The notes beneath the pieces were generated by a model. It did not search any database, was not told where the DNA came from, and saw only the letters and a program-made list of their open reading frames with translations. A program made the position numbers and the translations under genes. From the NCBI GenBank assembly GCA_051294375.1, contig CM119268.1, positions 1,229,218 through 1,293,217 on the forward strand: a stretch of 64,000 bases of DNA, read 5' to 3'. This document shows, piece after piece, positions 27,037-40,287 of the stretch. Source of the stretch: Paraspadella gotoi. Its lineage: Eukaryota > Animalia > Chaetognatha. Numbering within the stretch: the stretch's first letter is position 1; every line of letters begins with the position of its first letter.

Positions 27037-30000
27037 GTAAATAATCGTTGATAATCATTGATTTAATTGCTTATGGTTATTTATTTATTATTGATGATTA
27101 TTCCTTACGTAAATATTCGCTGAATATTCAGCTCATTGGCCAGTGCCATTTGTCTCTTGACCAATAGGAGAGTTCCATTTTGGTTTAGCTGTACGAGTCT
27201 CTTTTATTTTAGCTGTACGAGTCTTTTTTGTTTTAGCTGGATGAGTCTGTTTTGTTTTAGCTGGANNNNNNNNNNNNNNNNNNNNNNNNNNNNNNNNNNN
27301 NNNNNNNNNNNNNNNNNNNNNNNNNNNNNNNNNNNNNNNNNNNNNNNNNNNNNNNNNNNNNNNNNNNNNNNNNNNNNNNNNNNNNNNNNNNNNNNNNNNN
27401 NNNNNNNNNNNNNNNNNNNNNNNNNNNNNNNNNNNNNNNNNNNNNNNNNNNNNNNNNNNNNNNNNNNNNNNNNNNNNNNNNNNNNNNNNNNNNNNNNNNN
27501 NNNNNNNNNNNNNNNNNNNNNNNNNNNNNNNNNNNNNNNNNNNNNNNNNNNNNNNNNNNNNNNNNNNNNNNNNNNNNNNNNNNNNNNNNNNNNNNNNNNN
27601 NNNNNNNNNNNNNNNNNNNNNNNNNNNNNNNNNNNNNNNNNNNNNNNNNNNNNNNNNNNNNNNNNNNNNNNNNNNNNNNNNNNNNNNNNTATGAGTCTTT
27701 TTTGTTTTAAGCTGATGAGTCTCTTTGTTTTAGCTGGATGAGTCTCTTTTGTTGTTGGCTGTAGAGTTCTTCTTTTATTTTAGCGTACGAGTCTTTTTGT
27801 TTTAGCTGGATGAGTCTGTTTTGTTTAGCTGATGAGCTCTCTTTTGTTCTTAGCTGGATGAGTCTTTTGTGATAGTCTGCTTTGTTTTAGCTGGATGAGT
27901 CCTTTTGTTTTAGCTGGCTATGACGTGCATCGTAGCGAAGAAAGCGTTTTCTATTATTGTCATTTTAATACCAATTTCATAAGAAGCTGCGTAGGCGTCA
28001 TCGTAGCGAAGAAGCGTTTTCATTATTGTCAAATACCAATTTCATAAGAATCTCTCTCTCTCTCTCTCTCTCTCTCTATTCCCACGGGGCGGGGCGGGGA
28101 GAGACGAGAGAGAGAGAGAGAGGAGACGAGAGAAGAGAGAGAGAGAGAAGGCGAGAGAGAGAGGAGAGGAGAGAGAGAAGAGGCAGAGAGAGCAAGAGAA
28201 TTTTTGACTTTTTGAGTTTGAATTTATTCAATGGGGCTTTAGGCACAAATAAAACATAGAGAGAGAGGAGAGAAGAGGAGGAGGAGAGAGAGAGAGAGCA
28301 GAAGAGACTGAAGATGATTTAAATGAAATGGGTATACGCGTCATTATACGCCTTCTGCGCAATAGGACGGCCTAGCAGCCTAAAACAAAGAGACTCATCA
28401 GCAAAACAAAGAGCTCATCAGCCAAAAAAAAGAGACTCATCCAGCTAAAACAAAAAGACTTCATCCAGCCAAACCAAAGAAGAGACCTCATCCACTAAAC
28501 AAAAGAGACTCATCCAGCTAAAACAAAAGAGACTCATCCAGCTTAGAAAAAAAAGAGACTCATCCAGCCCAAAACAAAACAGACTAATCCAGCTTAGAAA
28601 ACAAAAAGAGATTCATCCAGCCAAAACAAAGCATCAGTAAAAAAGACTCATCCAGCTAAAGACAAAAGAGACTCATAGCCAACAAACAAGACTCATCCAC
28701 TAAAAAAACAGACATCAAAAAAAGAGACTCATCCAGCTAAAAACGAAAACAGACTCATCCAGCTAAAACAAAAAAGACTCGTGACAGCTAAAATAAAGAA
28801 GACTCGTACTACAAGAGACTATCAGATAACAAAGAAAGAGACTCTCCAGCTAAAACAAAGAGATCATCATTCATAACACCACAAACAAACAGACTAATCC
28901 AGCTAAACAAAAAAGGACTCATCCAGCCCAGAAAAAAAGAGACTCATCCAGCTAAAACAAAAAGAGACTCACATCCAGCCTAAACAAAGAGACAGTCATC
29001 CAGCTTGAAAAACAAAACAGACTCATCCAGCTAAAACAAAACAGACTTCATCCAGCTAAAACAAAACAGACACTCATCCAGCTAAACAAAAAAGACTCGT
29101 ACAGCTAAAATAAAAGGAGACTCGTACAGCTAAACCAAAATGGAACTCTCCTATTGTCAAGAGAACAAATGGCACGGCCAATGAGCTGAATATTCAGCGA
29201 AATATCTTACGTAGAAAATTCATCAATAATATAAATAACATAACAATTAAGATCATGATTATTCAACGGTTATTTACCCGAAAAACTTGAGATAAGTATT
29301 GGTTTGACGCTGACGATCCTCTTGCAGTGATTCGAGACCCAAAGAGAAAGTAGATTTCCGCAGATGCCGACGACGGCAGACCGGGAGGATAGTGAAGAGG
29401 CCTCCGGTCACCAAACTGGGGCTCTCTGTAGACCGAGAAATAGCCGCTACCATGACTCGAAGGAGATTGATTTTAAGGTTTAAGATTGGATTTAAGTTGT
29501 AAGACTTTAGAGTTATGAGTGTCGATCAGATTCCTCCATCTATCGAGATTTGTCGGCGTGATTGTGTTTTGGAAAAGTACGATTCAGTTGATTTTGACAA
29601 TAAATTAAATTTGCGGCATTCGTTTGAGAGATTTGGCCGCCCGATAAATTTTAACTCTCCGATACAGATGATATAGAGATAATTTAATTGAGATTGGACT
29701 GTTAGTTTGGTTCCAACGATTTTTGAGCCCAATGTTTTTAATTTTAATTCTGGCGCCAATTTGAGATTTTGTTTCGGTGAGTTCAAACAAAACTGAAGAG
29801 AACACATACCGAAGTCGATTAAGTGGAATGTAATATGTGATATGAATGTGTAATAAATAATAAAATAAAATAAGAATAATGTAATAGTAATAAAATAATG
29901 TGGAATTAATAAAAAAAAAAAAAACAAAATAAACACAAAAACAAAAGACGTTTTGAAAAAGGTAAGAAAGAAGTTAATCGAAATAATTTTGAGGTCATAA

Positions 30001-31503
30001 ATGATAAGTATGAATCTCTTCTGCGGGAGAATTCTGAGACGGGGGCGGAATTCCAGGACCGAAAGACAACGACGTAACATCAAGAAAAGCGAATCTTTCG
30101 GCGAAGTCTTGGGCGAAAACAACGACGAATCACTCGCGCCGTGATGAAGGCGAAGGAAAATAAAAAAGAGAAGTTCTCGCGACCGGAAGAAGAAAAAGCA
30201 AGCCGTCTGGCGCCAGCGTTCGTCTCCTCTCTCTCGCCCTCATCTCTCTCATCTTACTCTCTTCTCCTCTCCCTCTCTCTCTCTCTCTCCTCTCTCATCC
30301 TCGCACTGGCGCGCTAAACATTGGCGGCGACGGACGGAAACGTTTTCGTTCGCTTTTGTTTTGTTGTTCGTTTACATTCTCCCTGTCCCACAATGGTGGC
30401 TTCTACATCCACGCGTGCGCTGTCTCCCAATCAAGCGAAGAATTTAGCCTTGTTTTTTGTTTGTTTTTGTGTTTTTGGTTTTGGGGGGAGGGAGCGGGTG
30501 AGGGGGTTCAAACCCGCAAAGGAACTTTCTTGTTAACCTTGAATATGTCAACATTGTTTTCTCGCACTGACTTGATTGTACTATCTATAACGGCAAAATA
30601 TCGTATGTAATTTGGTTGATACATATTATCTAATATAATCGACAAATTAAAAACTCTACGTGTCTGCGTAGAATCAAGAGGATGACAGACACCTACGGGC
30701 CCCGTCTTCTAATTTAAAATGTTAGCACGTAGCTAATTTGAAAAAAAAAAATGAAAATTAACTACAAGTAGATAGAAGCTAAATCTATCCAGTAACCATT
30801 TTAAACTACCCACATTTACTAGACCATCTCTCTCTCTCTCTCGTTAGGCGAAATTCCTAACTTCCGTTCTATCAGCAACAAAACGAAACAAACACAAACC
30901 AAAAATCTTTTTTTTTCAAATCGGAATGTTGTTCTTGCCGACGCGATCTGACGTCGTCTCCGCCCTATCTTAACGCAACGTCTTCCTCCGCGGCTTTAAT
31001 TAACATTTTCCCCTCGCCAACTTTTCTCCTTTCAAGTTGTCTCTTTTCTGATTTTAAATTTTGTTGTTGACTTGAAATTCTGCTTTTCGCCCGATGGGCT
31101 GACGATGTACGTATTGATCTCATCTCCNNNNNNNNNNNNNNNNNNNNNNNNNGTCGAGAATAAATTAAGTTTCCCTTGACTGGGACGAACGTCAACCTCG
31201 ATTTTACGTCGACGAGAAATTCCACCAAACTCTCGCACGCATCACCGTCTCAACGTGAATTTCGAGTGTGAAACGAGAAAAAAATCTAAGTTGAAATTAA
31301 ACAAAAAGGTGAAGGGTTTTATTGCGCGTGCGCCTTATCGCTTTAGTACCCCGCCATAAAACGGACATGTACCGAAAGAGGGACTAAAGGTTTTTGTCAT
31401 GCGTCCATATTTACGCGTAATCCACCGTGAAATTGCACGAGAAAGAAAGAAGACTTTGAAAATGGAATTTTTTGGAGGGAGGAACGCGTGAGAGAGAGAG
31501 AGA

Positions 31504-31554
<51 letters not shown>

Positions 31555-34500
31555 GGAGGGAGGAATAGAAAGCGAACTTTTAAGTCATAATTATAATGCA
31601 TAAGTTAAGTCAAATAATGATATCGCGTAATAAAAAACAGGAAGTTGATAGACTCATTTTTTTACAAAATGAGGTGATAGGCCTTTTCTGCTGCAATAAT
31701 CTGTATGCAAAAGTCATTCGCATATGAATTGAAGGCTAAAAATCAACTCTTGAGGTGAAATTTTCTTTATTCAGGGGAATGGGGGAGCTTAGGACAGCTG
31801 AGGCTGCGCGGTGGCAGCGGGAGCGGCTGAAGGAGCATCGGGAGCGGCAGAGGCTGCGCCGGGAGCGGCTGAGGGTGCGGCGGAGGAGGATAAGAGGGCA
31901 GCACCGCTGTCGCTGGACAAGGCGAAAGGTCATCGTAGGGTCAGGAAGCCCATGATTGATTAGGGATTTCCGATGGGGTAAAGGTTGCATTTCTGAGAAA
32001 TGAGAACAGAAATAAGAAGAAGAAAAAAAAAGGGAGAATCAAATAAAAACAAGGACGGAAATTCAAATGTGAGCCGCTCGTATTTTTATTTTTTTTTAGT
32101 TTTAGGATTTCCTGAAGGCGGCGCTAGCTTGATTTTAGGTTTTTTTCCTGTCTTAACAAATGAGCAACCGACTAGGGGGGATTTTTAACGAAAATGGGAC
32201 AGACAGACCGACCGACCGAAAAGTGTCTCATAGTGTTTCTCCGCGAGTACTCGCGGCGCAACTAAAAAAGAAAATAAGAGATAGAGAGTAAATAAAGAGA
32301 AAATGGGAAAAGAGAAAGATATTAGATAAGGAGAGAGAACAATGTCATTGTTTTATGAGGAAAAAAGAAGATGAGCTAAAAATAGATTGAGTTTTTTTGT
32401 GAGGAAGAAAAGGAGGGAAAACGGAATCTTTCGCAAAGTTGGTTTCATAACATGGTTACAATGTCTAATTTTTATTAATATCGGTAATAAAATTACAATT
32501 TTACATTGTGCGCAAGTTATAAGATAAAATAGGCAAAAATTAAAAAAAAGTTGAACTATTAAAAAACACAGGGTAGTTAGAATTTATTATTTTGCAACGT
32601 ATGACTTCTTAAAAGAAGTTACTTTATTTTAACTTATAACTTTCGCACAATATAAAATTGTAATTTTTTCTATTACCGATATTAATAAAAAAAAAAGCGT
32701 TAAAACGTTTTTTTTAATATTCTTTCATCAATGTGTCCATCTTTATCGCGTTTGGCTAAGAGCTTCGATTAAGTCTAAAAAAGAAATAAAACAAGATCGG
32801 TCCATCCAATGTGTTGCGCCGCAGTGACTTTATTTTCCCTAAGATCACTTGATATGACAGGACATGACTTTCTAAGCCCGTGTATTTATGCGCCATCGAA
32901 ATTCCATCTTTTATTTTTTATAGTTTTAGGATATCCTGAGGGCGGCGCTAGCAGTCACTAAGATTTGAGGTTTTTTCCTGACTTAACAAGTAAGCAACTA
33001 ACTATAGGCGAATTATATGTATTATTAACTTGGGGGACAGACCAATGGACAGACGTTTAATTTTCTTGGAAATGAAAAAAATGAGATTGATTATTTTTTG
33101 AGGCTTTTTTTCAGTCTCACCTTCTTCCCCAAGTCTCACTGATTCGCAAGTTGGTGATTCTTGTCAAGCTCGAGCGTCGAGTCAGACAGCGACTCAGTGG
33201 GAAAACCTTCTCACGGTCACGCTGGTTAAAGTGTGATGGTGTCGGCATAATCACGCCAGTGACTTGGGCATCACACATGTCTCTCCGTTGAAATGACAGT
33301 TTAAAAAATATCCTCGGTATTTTTGGATTATTAAACACCCTAGGTTCCGCGTACAAACGTTGCATTAAGGAAAAAAAAGACCTTTCCACTATTGTTCAGT
33401 TGTTACTTACAATGTTGATTAACTTTGTACCCAAACACAAATTAGGCCGAACGAAGGATTGGTTAAAAACATCTCCACCCGTTTTTAATGATAAAATAGT
33501 ACCATTTTGGCAACTTTTAGCCAAAAAAATTATGTCCATTTTTGTCCATTTTTACTTCGACTTCTGATTTGAATGCCAAGGAAAGTTGAGAAAAATTTTT
33601 ATACTTTGGAAATCCGTTCTTTCTCATCTTCTTTACCTCTGGGTAAATTTATTAGCTTAAATCATTTATAGTTTGCCTATGAATTAATTTTAAAGTTAAC
33701 AAGTCAAAAAGTTGGAGTTTCAGTCTTTATCATATTTGTTAACAAAAATAAATCAAATTGGTTGAAATTAACAGAAAATATAGCCTATTGAATAAGCTTT
33801 TAACACCTATAAAATTACTAAAAAACTTTTCTGGTTTGGCACAAATAATTTTTAAAGACGTCTTTTTAATTTGTGACTTTTTGTGACTTGCATTTATTTT
33901 TGATAAAGAGAATATTTTCATAACTCATTTATTAGTTTTTAAAAGTTGAGGTACATACTGACTTGATTAATCAAAAAAAAAACCGCTTCCTTTTAATCCA
34001 CTGGAAAGCATCAGGACTTGTTTTTTTCTCAAAATCGACAGATTTTGCGGAAAATTTTTCCGCAAAATCGTCGATTTACTAAATTTGCTAGGCAACCAAA
34101 ATTGAAAGAAAAATCACGCGCTAACCGTTGATTTTCTTTCTTATAATGCATTTTAAATATTTTCTTTGATTGGGCTCAATGTACCGTTGTGAGAGGGAGA
34201 GCACGAAATGGAAAACAAGAAAAAGAGAAGAGGAGAGATAAAAAGACAGGCGAAAGGCAAAAAAAGAAGGCAAATGGGGAGAAAAAATAGTGAGACAAAT
34301 AAAAGGTAGGAATGAGGGGAATTGGAAAGAAAAAGAGGGGAAAAGAAAGGGAAAGAGAGAGAAGAAAAAAAATGTGAGGAAGGTGATGAGGGCAGAAAAA
34401 GGTAGGGGCCAAAAAATGGTAGTGACAGAGTGAGAAGGTAAGGGAGGAAAGAGGAAGAGGAAAATATAAAGAAAGAGAAAAAAAGAAGTGAAGAAAAAGA

Positions 34501-35564
34501 ATCCGGGAAAGCGTATTAAAGAAAAAAAATTGTATCAGATAATGTGGCGTCTAACCTAAAAACTTTTATGTAAGTAAAAGACGTGAAGATTCTTATGAGG
34601 AATTCGATCTTTAAAAATGATCTATACAATAAAAATTCGAACATACTTATATCTAAAATTATGCAGTTAATGGGATTAGATAAACAATCATTGAAGAAAT
34701 CATGTCTTACGTATTTTTAACTCATAGAATTTTACCTGGGAAGTTCTAAGTGATAAGAAGGAGATACTTGAGACTACCGTTTTTTTAAATGAAGTAAGCC
34801 TTCATACTAACTAGTGAGATCAAGAAAGATGGTAATTAATTGAAGTTCAGGATTTCGTTGTCTAAAAGACATCGATCGTACGCGGAGCCCCTAATATCAA
34901 TAGAAATAGATAATTAAATTAATAGAAATTAAACGCCCTAATATCAATAGAAATAGATACATGCACGCATATCTTCTGTATATCTTTTGTCATATTACTT
35001 CTTTGATGAGGAAGTTCTTTAGGAGCCATAGAAGTAATAGAAGTAATAGGAGTAATAGGAGTAATAGGAGTAATAGGAGTAATTGGAGCCCGTGAGAGGA
35101 AGAGAATTCAGCATTCCCTTGACAAGACTCACCCAATTTTATATTATAAAAGCATAACTTTTAGTTTTTTTACTTCCAAGTTTATAAAATAAATAAGTTT
35201 TAAAAAAAACAAACAATTATTTGTTAAAACAATTATAAAAGAAATAGTTGTTTTCTCTAAATTCAGAAAGAAAAAAGAAAGTCGAAATACAATCATTAAG
35301 TTTAAAGAAAGGTCACGATTGAAAAAAGGCAAGACCGACCGACCGACCAAGATAGTTCCAGACTGTTGACCTCACGAAGCTGACGTCTTTCTTGACTTTT
35401 CCCGCCAAATCTATTGACTTTTCCCGCCAAATCTATTGACTTTTGGATTTTTTGTTTCCGCTGATATTCACTATCGACAAAAACTTCAAAGAACGGCTTC
35501 ATTTTTGATATATCGTCGTCGTCGTTGTCGTTACTTTGCATCATTTTCATCATCGGCGTCGTCC

Positions 35565-35608
<44 letters not shown>

Positions 35609-38294
35609 TTAAGTTATGATTCATAACCATCATCTTCGTCATCATCATCATCACCATCATCATCATCATAAGTTATGATTCATAACAATCATCATCGTCA
35701 TCATCATCATCGTCATCATCATCATCTTGATCATTAATATCATCATAATCTTCTCCAATCTTCAAGGATATTATTTTTCATTATAACCTTGTAGGGTATT
35801 GCATAAGTTTACCCCGCCTATAAGCATGACACTTTCAGTCGTAACCCGGTGGGTCATTGTGTAAAGCCATCGGCTCATGACCACTAGGTACCGAGTTCAA
35901 TCCAAACCCGGTATCAAGCCTGTGGGAAGCGTGAGGACGACCGTGGATTACTTTGGGGATGTAGAAAATCCCCAAACCAGTTTACGTAGGGCTCACAAGT
36001 GTGGATAAGGTGCTCACTGCTCGCCTAGATAAGCCTAGATAAGGTGCTAACTACTAACTACTACAAATGTGGATAAGGTGCTAACTACTAGCCTAGATAA
36101 GCCTAGATAAGCCTAGATAAGGTGCTAACTACTAACTACTACAAACGTGGATAAGGTGTTAACTACTAGCCATACCTTGTGGAACAGGTCCTTGTCTTGG
36201 AACCAGGCTTGGGGAGTTTTCCTGCATCAGATTTGTTGAAATCGAATATAACCATTTTTATTACTCAAGACATCAATTCCATGGAGGGCAAGAGGTTTAG
36301 AAAATGGAGGCAATGTGCAATAGGNNNNNNNNNNNNNNNNNNNNNNNNNNNNNNNNNNNNNNNNNNNNNNNNNNNNNNNNNNNNNNNNNNNNNNNNNNNN
36401 NNNNNNNNNNNNNNNNNNNNNNNNNNNNNNNNNNNNNNNNNNNNNNNNNNNNNNNNNNNNNNNNNNNNNNNNNNNNNNNNNNNNNNNNNNNNNNNNNNNN
36501 NNNNNNNNNNNNNNNNNNNNNNNNNNNNNNNNNNNNNNNNNNNNNNNNNNNNNNNNNNNNNNNNNNNNNNNNNNNNNNNNNNNNNNNNNNNNNNNNNNNN
36601 NNNNNNNNNNNNNNNNNNNNNNNNNNNNNNNNNNNNNNNNNNNNNNNNNNNNNNNNNNNNNNNNNNNNNNNNNNNNNNNNNNNNNNNNNNNNNNNNNNNN
36701 NNNNNNNNNNNNNNNNNNNNNNNNNNNNNNNNNNNNNNNNNNNNNNNNNNNNNNNNNNNNNNNNNNNNNNNNNNNNNNNNNNNNNNNNNNNNNNNNNNNN
36801 NNNNNNNNNNNNNNNNNNNNNNNNNNNNNNNNNNNNNNNNNNNNNNNNNNNNNNNNNNNNNNNNNNNNNNNNNNNNNNNNNNNNNNNNNNNNNNNNNNNN
36901 NNNNNNNNNNNNNNNNGTGGAGTGTTGAAAAGATTTAGAGATGTCACAATATTTTTTGTGTGTCTTTGTATATATAAATGATAAAACCTTAACGGAAATT
37001 TTTTTTTTTGGTAGTAATATCCTAAATTTATAAGGATATTAAGACAATTTATTGTAATGCTGTTCCACTCAGAATAATAAGTAAAATTATTGCTTTGTAC
37101 TTAATAAGTATAATTATCATTGCGACATATCTGAAATAAAGAGAGAGAGGAGAGTGATCCACTCTAATGTGCAAAGAGCAGAAAACGTCGTTACAATTGC
37201 GGTTTTTTTTTTTTTTGACCTGAACTCTTTGGCCTCTTGAGCAAATCCATTAACTCAAGACTGTAAGGTACCGGGTTCAGTACCAACTAGTAGTGCTTCC
37301 TTCAGAAAGCGTGAGGACGGCCGTAAGCCGTGAGCCACCTTGGCGTAGCCACCATTCTAACTACGCCCCAGAACCAACCTCTCTCCTCACATTTTTCATT
37401 TATTAAATCTTTCTAGATGCTTAATCATTACTGTTAAACCTAAACCATAAATTAAAAATATTAAATCTCAAATTTTAACTATGGTGGACGCAACGAATTT
37501 CAGATTTTATTCTTCAACCTGGTTAAAAACGATAAGTCCTTAACAATAAGTATTTACAAGGACAAAGTTTGACCGTTAAGAGAGAGAGAGAAAGCGAGCG
37601 ATCGAGGGCAAGGTGAGTTAAGTCACAAATAATCACTGTTGCGTGTTGTTGTTGTTGTTGCTCCACGATATCTTTAATCCCAAATACTTGGTCATCAGCC
37701 GCTCTTCCTTCCCCCCACCCATTTCCCCGCCACCCTCTTCCTCCCTCCCAGCCCTATCAGACACGATCAAGCTTCTTAACGACAGCCTCTACTCGGTCGC
37801 CATTTGCGTCAAAATCTACGACGCCTCCGCTGGCGACGCCTTCATCGGAACAGTTTATCCCGCGTCGCATTTCGTCCTCGGGTTCAGCTCCTGCACCACA
37901 TCGTGGCTCACGGTCGCCGTCGCCTTCGACAGGTCGAGTCGAAGTTTGGAATCAAAATTTAGCGGTTGTGTATCTTGAAAACTATCGTATGAGTGAATAC
38001 TCATCTGTGGGTTTTTCTTTTCTTTTTTATGTATCTTGAAAACTATCGTATGAGTGAATACTCATCTGTGGGTTTTTCTTTTCTTTTTTATGTATCTTGA
38101 AAACTATCGTATGAGTGAATACTCATCTGTGGTTTTTTTTTTCCTTTTTTTACGTTTATTGTAGCCAAGTCAGCTTATATAAAGTCAAAATTTTCAAAAA
38201 ATTTTTAAAAAAAATTCTGAAAATATATTCTGATTCCTCGTTAAAAGTTGATAAAAGAAAATGTGAATTTTTTTAAAAAAAATTATGTCATTAA

Positions 38295-38380
<86 letters not shown>

Positions 38381-38666
38381 TAGGTTAAAATTACAAAAAC
38401 TTATTTTTTAAGCTGGAAATTGAAAATCGGCATTTTAAATATAGATTTTACATTTTTGACCAACTTAATGAAAACATTTTCTGATATCAAGTTTCTAAAT
38501 TTTTGTCTCTTTCGACCTCACGGACTTTGCGTGGTTTTGTAGAGTGAGACACCGGGTCAGACATTATGTGACATGAATTGGGGAAGAAAATGGCGCATTT
38601 TCGTTTTTAGGCCTGACATAACTGATCCTCGTTGTCTCCTGTCCCTTCATTCTTTCATTCTTTCAT

Positions 38667-38731
<65 letters not shown>

Positions 38732-40238
38732 ATCCTGTTATTTCTTTCTGACTGATTTCTTCCAAAATTAAAAATAACCAAGAGAAAACTAAATAAAATT
38801 GTTAAAAATGCAAATCTAAAAAATATGTATAAACTAAAAAAAATAAAATCCCGCTGACAAAAAAAATAATTTCTTTTCTTTTTATTTCCGCCATCGAAAT
38901 ACTTTTCCTTCCTTAATTTTCTGCCTTAATTGGTTAGCGTCGTAAAAGATTCTGGAGGCGAAGAAAGGCTCCGCATAGCTTTGTCCATGTTTATGACAGT
39001 CGCAGAAAGAGAAAACAAGTTTGAGTCTTTGAGCAAACAATGTCGGATCTGCCTACGATAATTAAGAGGTTATCAGCGAATAAGATGATAAATGACGATA
39101 ATTCTTTCAATTTGTTATCCTAACTGATCTTAACAGATCGTACCATACCAAACCAGTAATACAAACAAATAATTTTTTAACTATTATTATTTTTTAACTT
39201 GCATCATTTTTTAATTTGCATAATTTTTTTAACTTGCATCATTTTTTAACTTATATCATTTTTTCAACCTGTATAATTTTTAAACTTGCATAATTTTTGC
39301 AACTGGCATAATTTTTTCAATTAATTAATCAATTTATTAATTAATTATTTAATTAATTTAAAAAATTATGAGAAAGCATAAATAATTAAAATTCAAGTGA
39401 AGTTGACTTTGGTTTTTTCCACTCCCACGATTCTATCGAAATTTTAGATCCAGCTTCATCAGCCACTTTCCTATCCACACACAAAATTTCATCTCAATCT
39501 ATCCATTCAATTATGATTAATGAGAGTAATTTTGGGTTCAAATTAGCAAAAACATTTAAGTAAATGTGACTTATGTTTTTTTCCATTTAAACTCATTTTC
39601 ACTCGCACGATTCCATCAAAACTTTATATCCAGCTCAATCACGTACTTTCCTACCCACACACAAAATTTCATTCCAATCCATCAATCCAATCACGAGTAA
39701 TTGGTAGGACGGACGGACAGACGGACCGACAAAGTGAACTATAGAGTCGGGATCTGCTGATAAGCAGATCTAAACTAAATATATATAATATAACTAAATA
39801 TTCGCATTTTTTTATTCATTCAGTTGAATCGTTAACTAAATATTCGCTTTATTTTATTCATTCAGTTGAATATTTAACTAAATATTAGCATTTTTTTTTC
39901 TTCTTTCTTTCTTTAAGTCTTCGGGTTGTAACAATTCTTCTTTCCCAACGTTTACCTTTTTTCGACCCATAAATTTTCACTTTTTCCTCACGAACTCTCA
40001 CCGTTTTCACTTTCAGATTTTCATTTCCACCTGCCCCCCACCTCCCGAATCCCTCCCCCATCTCCCCCCATCCTGCCCCCTTCACTCCACCTCTTCACAT
40101 TTTCATAAAGTTTCAAACCAGACGCCTTTCCTTCGATAACAAATCACAAACTAAGACATTTTTTTTTTTTTTGTTTTTTTTTTTTTTTTTTTTTTTTCTC
40201 AATAAAAACAGGTAAAACAGTAAAAACAAGTATGAGGA

Positions 40239-40287
<49 letters not shown>

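Larger units (their letters stand above)
25325..31116. repeat. About 5.8-kb fold-back (inverted) duplication, probably an assembly or read artefact
   Basis: 25325-28050 is mirrored in reverse complement by 28320-31116 with many scattered indels; the centre is a (TC)n to (GA)n switch near 28080; the right arm ends at a 25-N gap. Confidence 0.9.

Noticed and set aside
27182-29135. Satellite as a CRISPR array or hammerhead array (ctg(g)atgagtc)
   Set aside because: There are no unique spacers, the context is eukaryotic, and there is no stem II partner or GAAA core.
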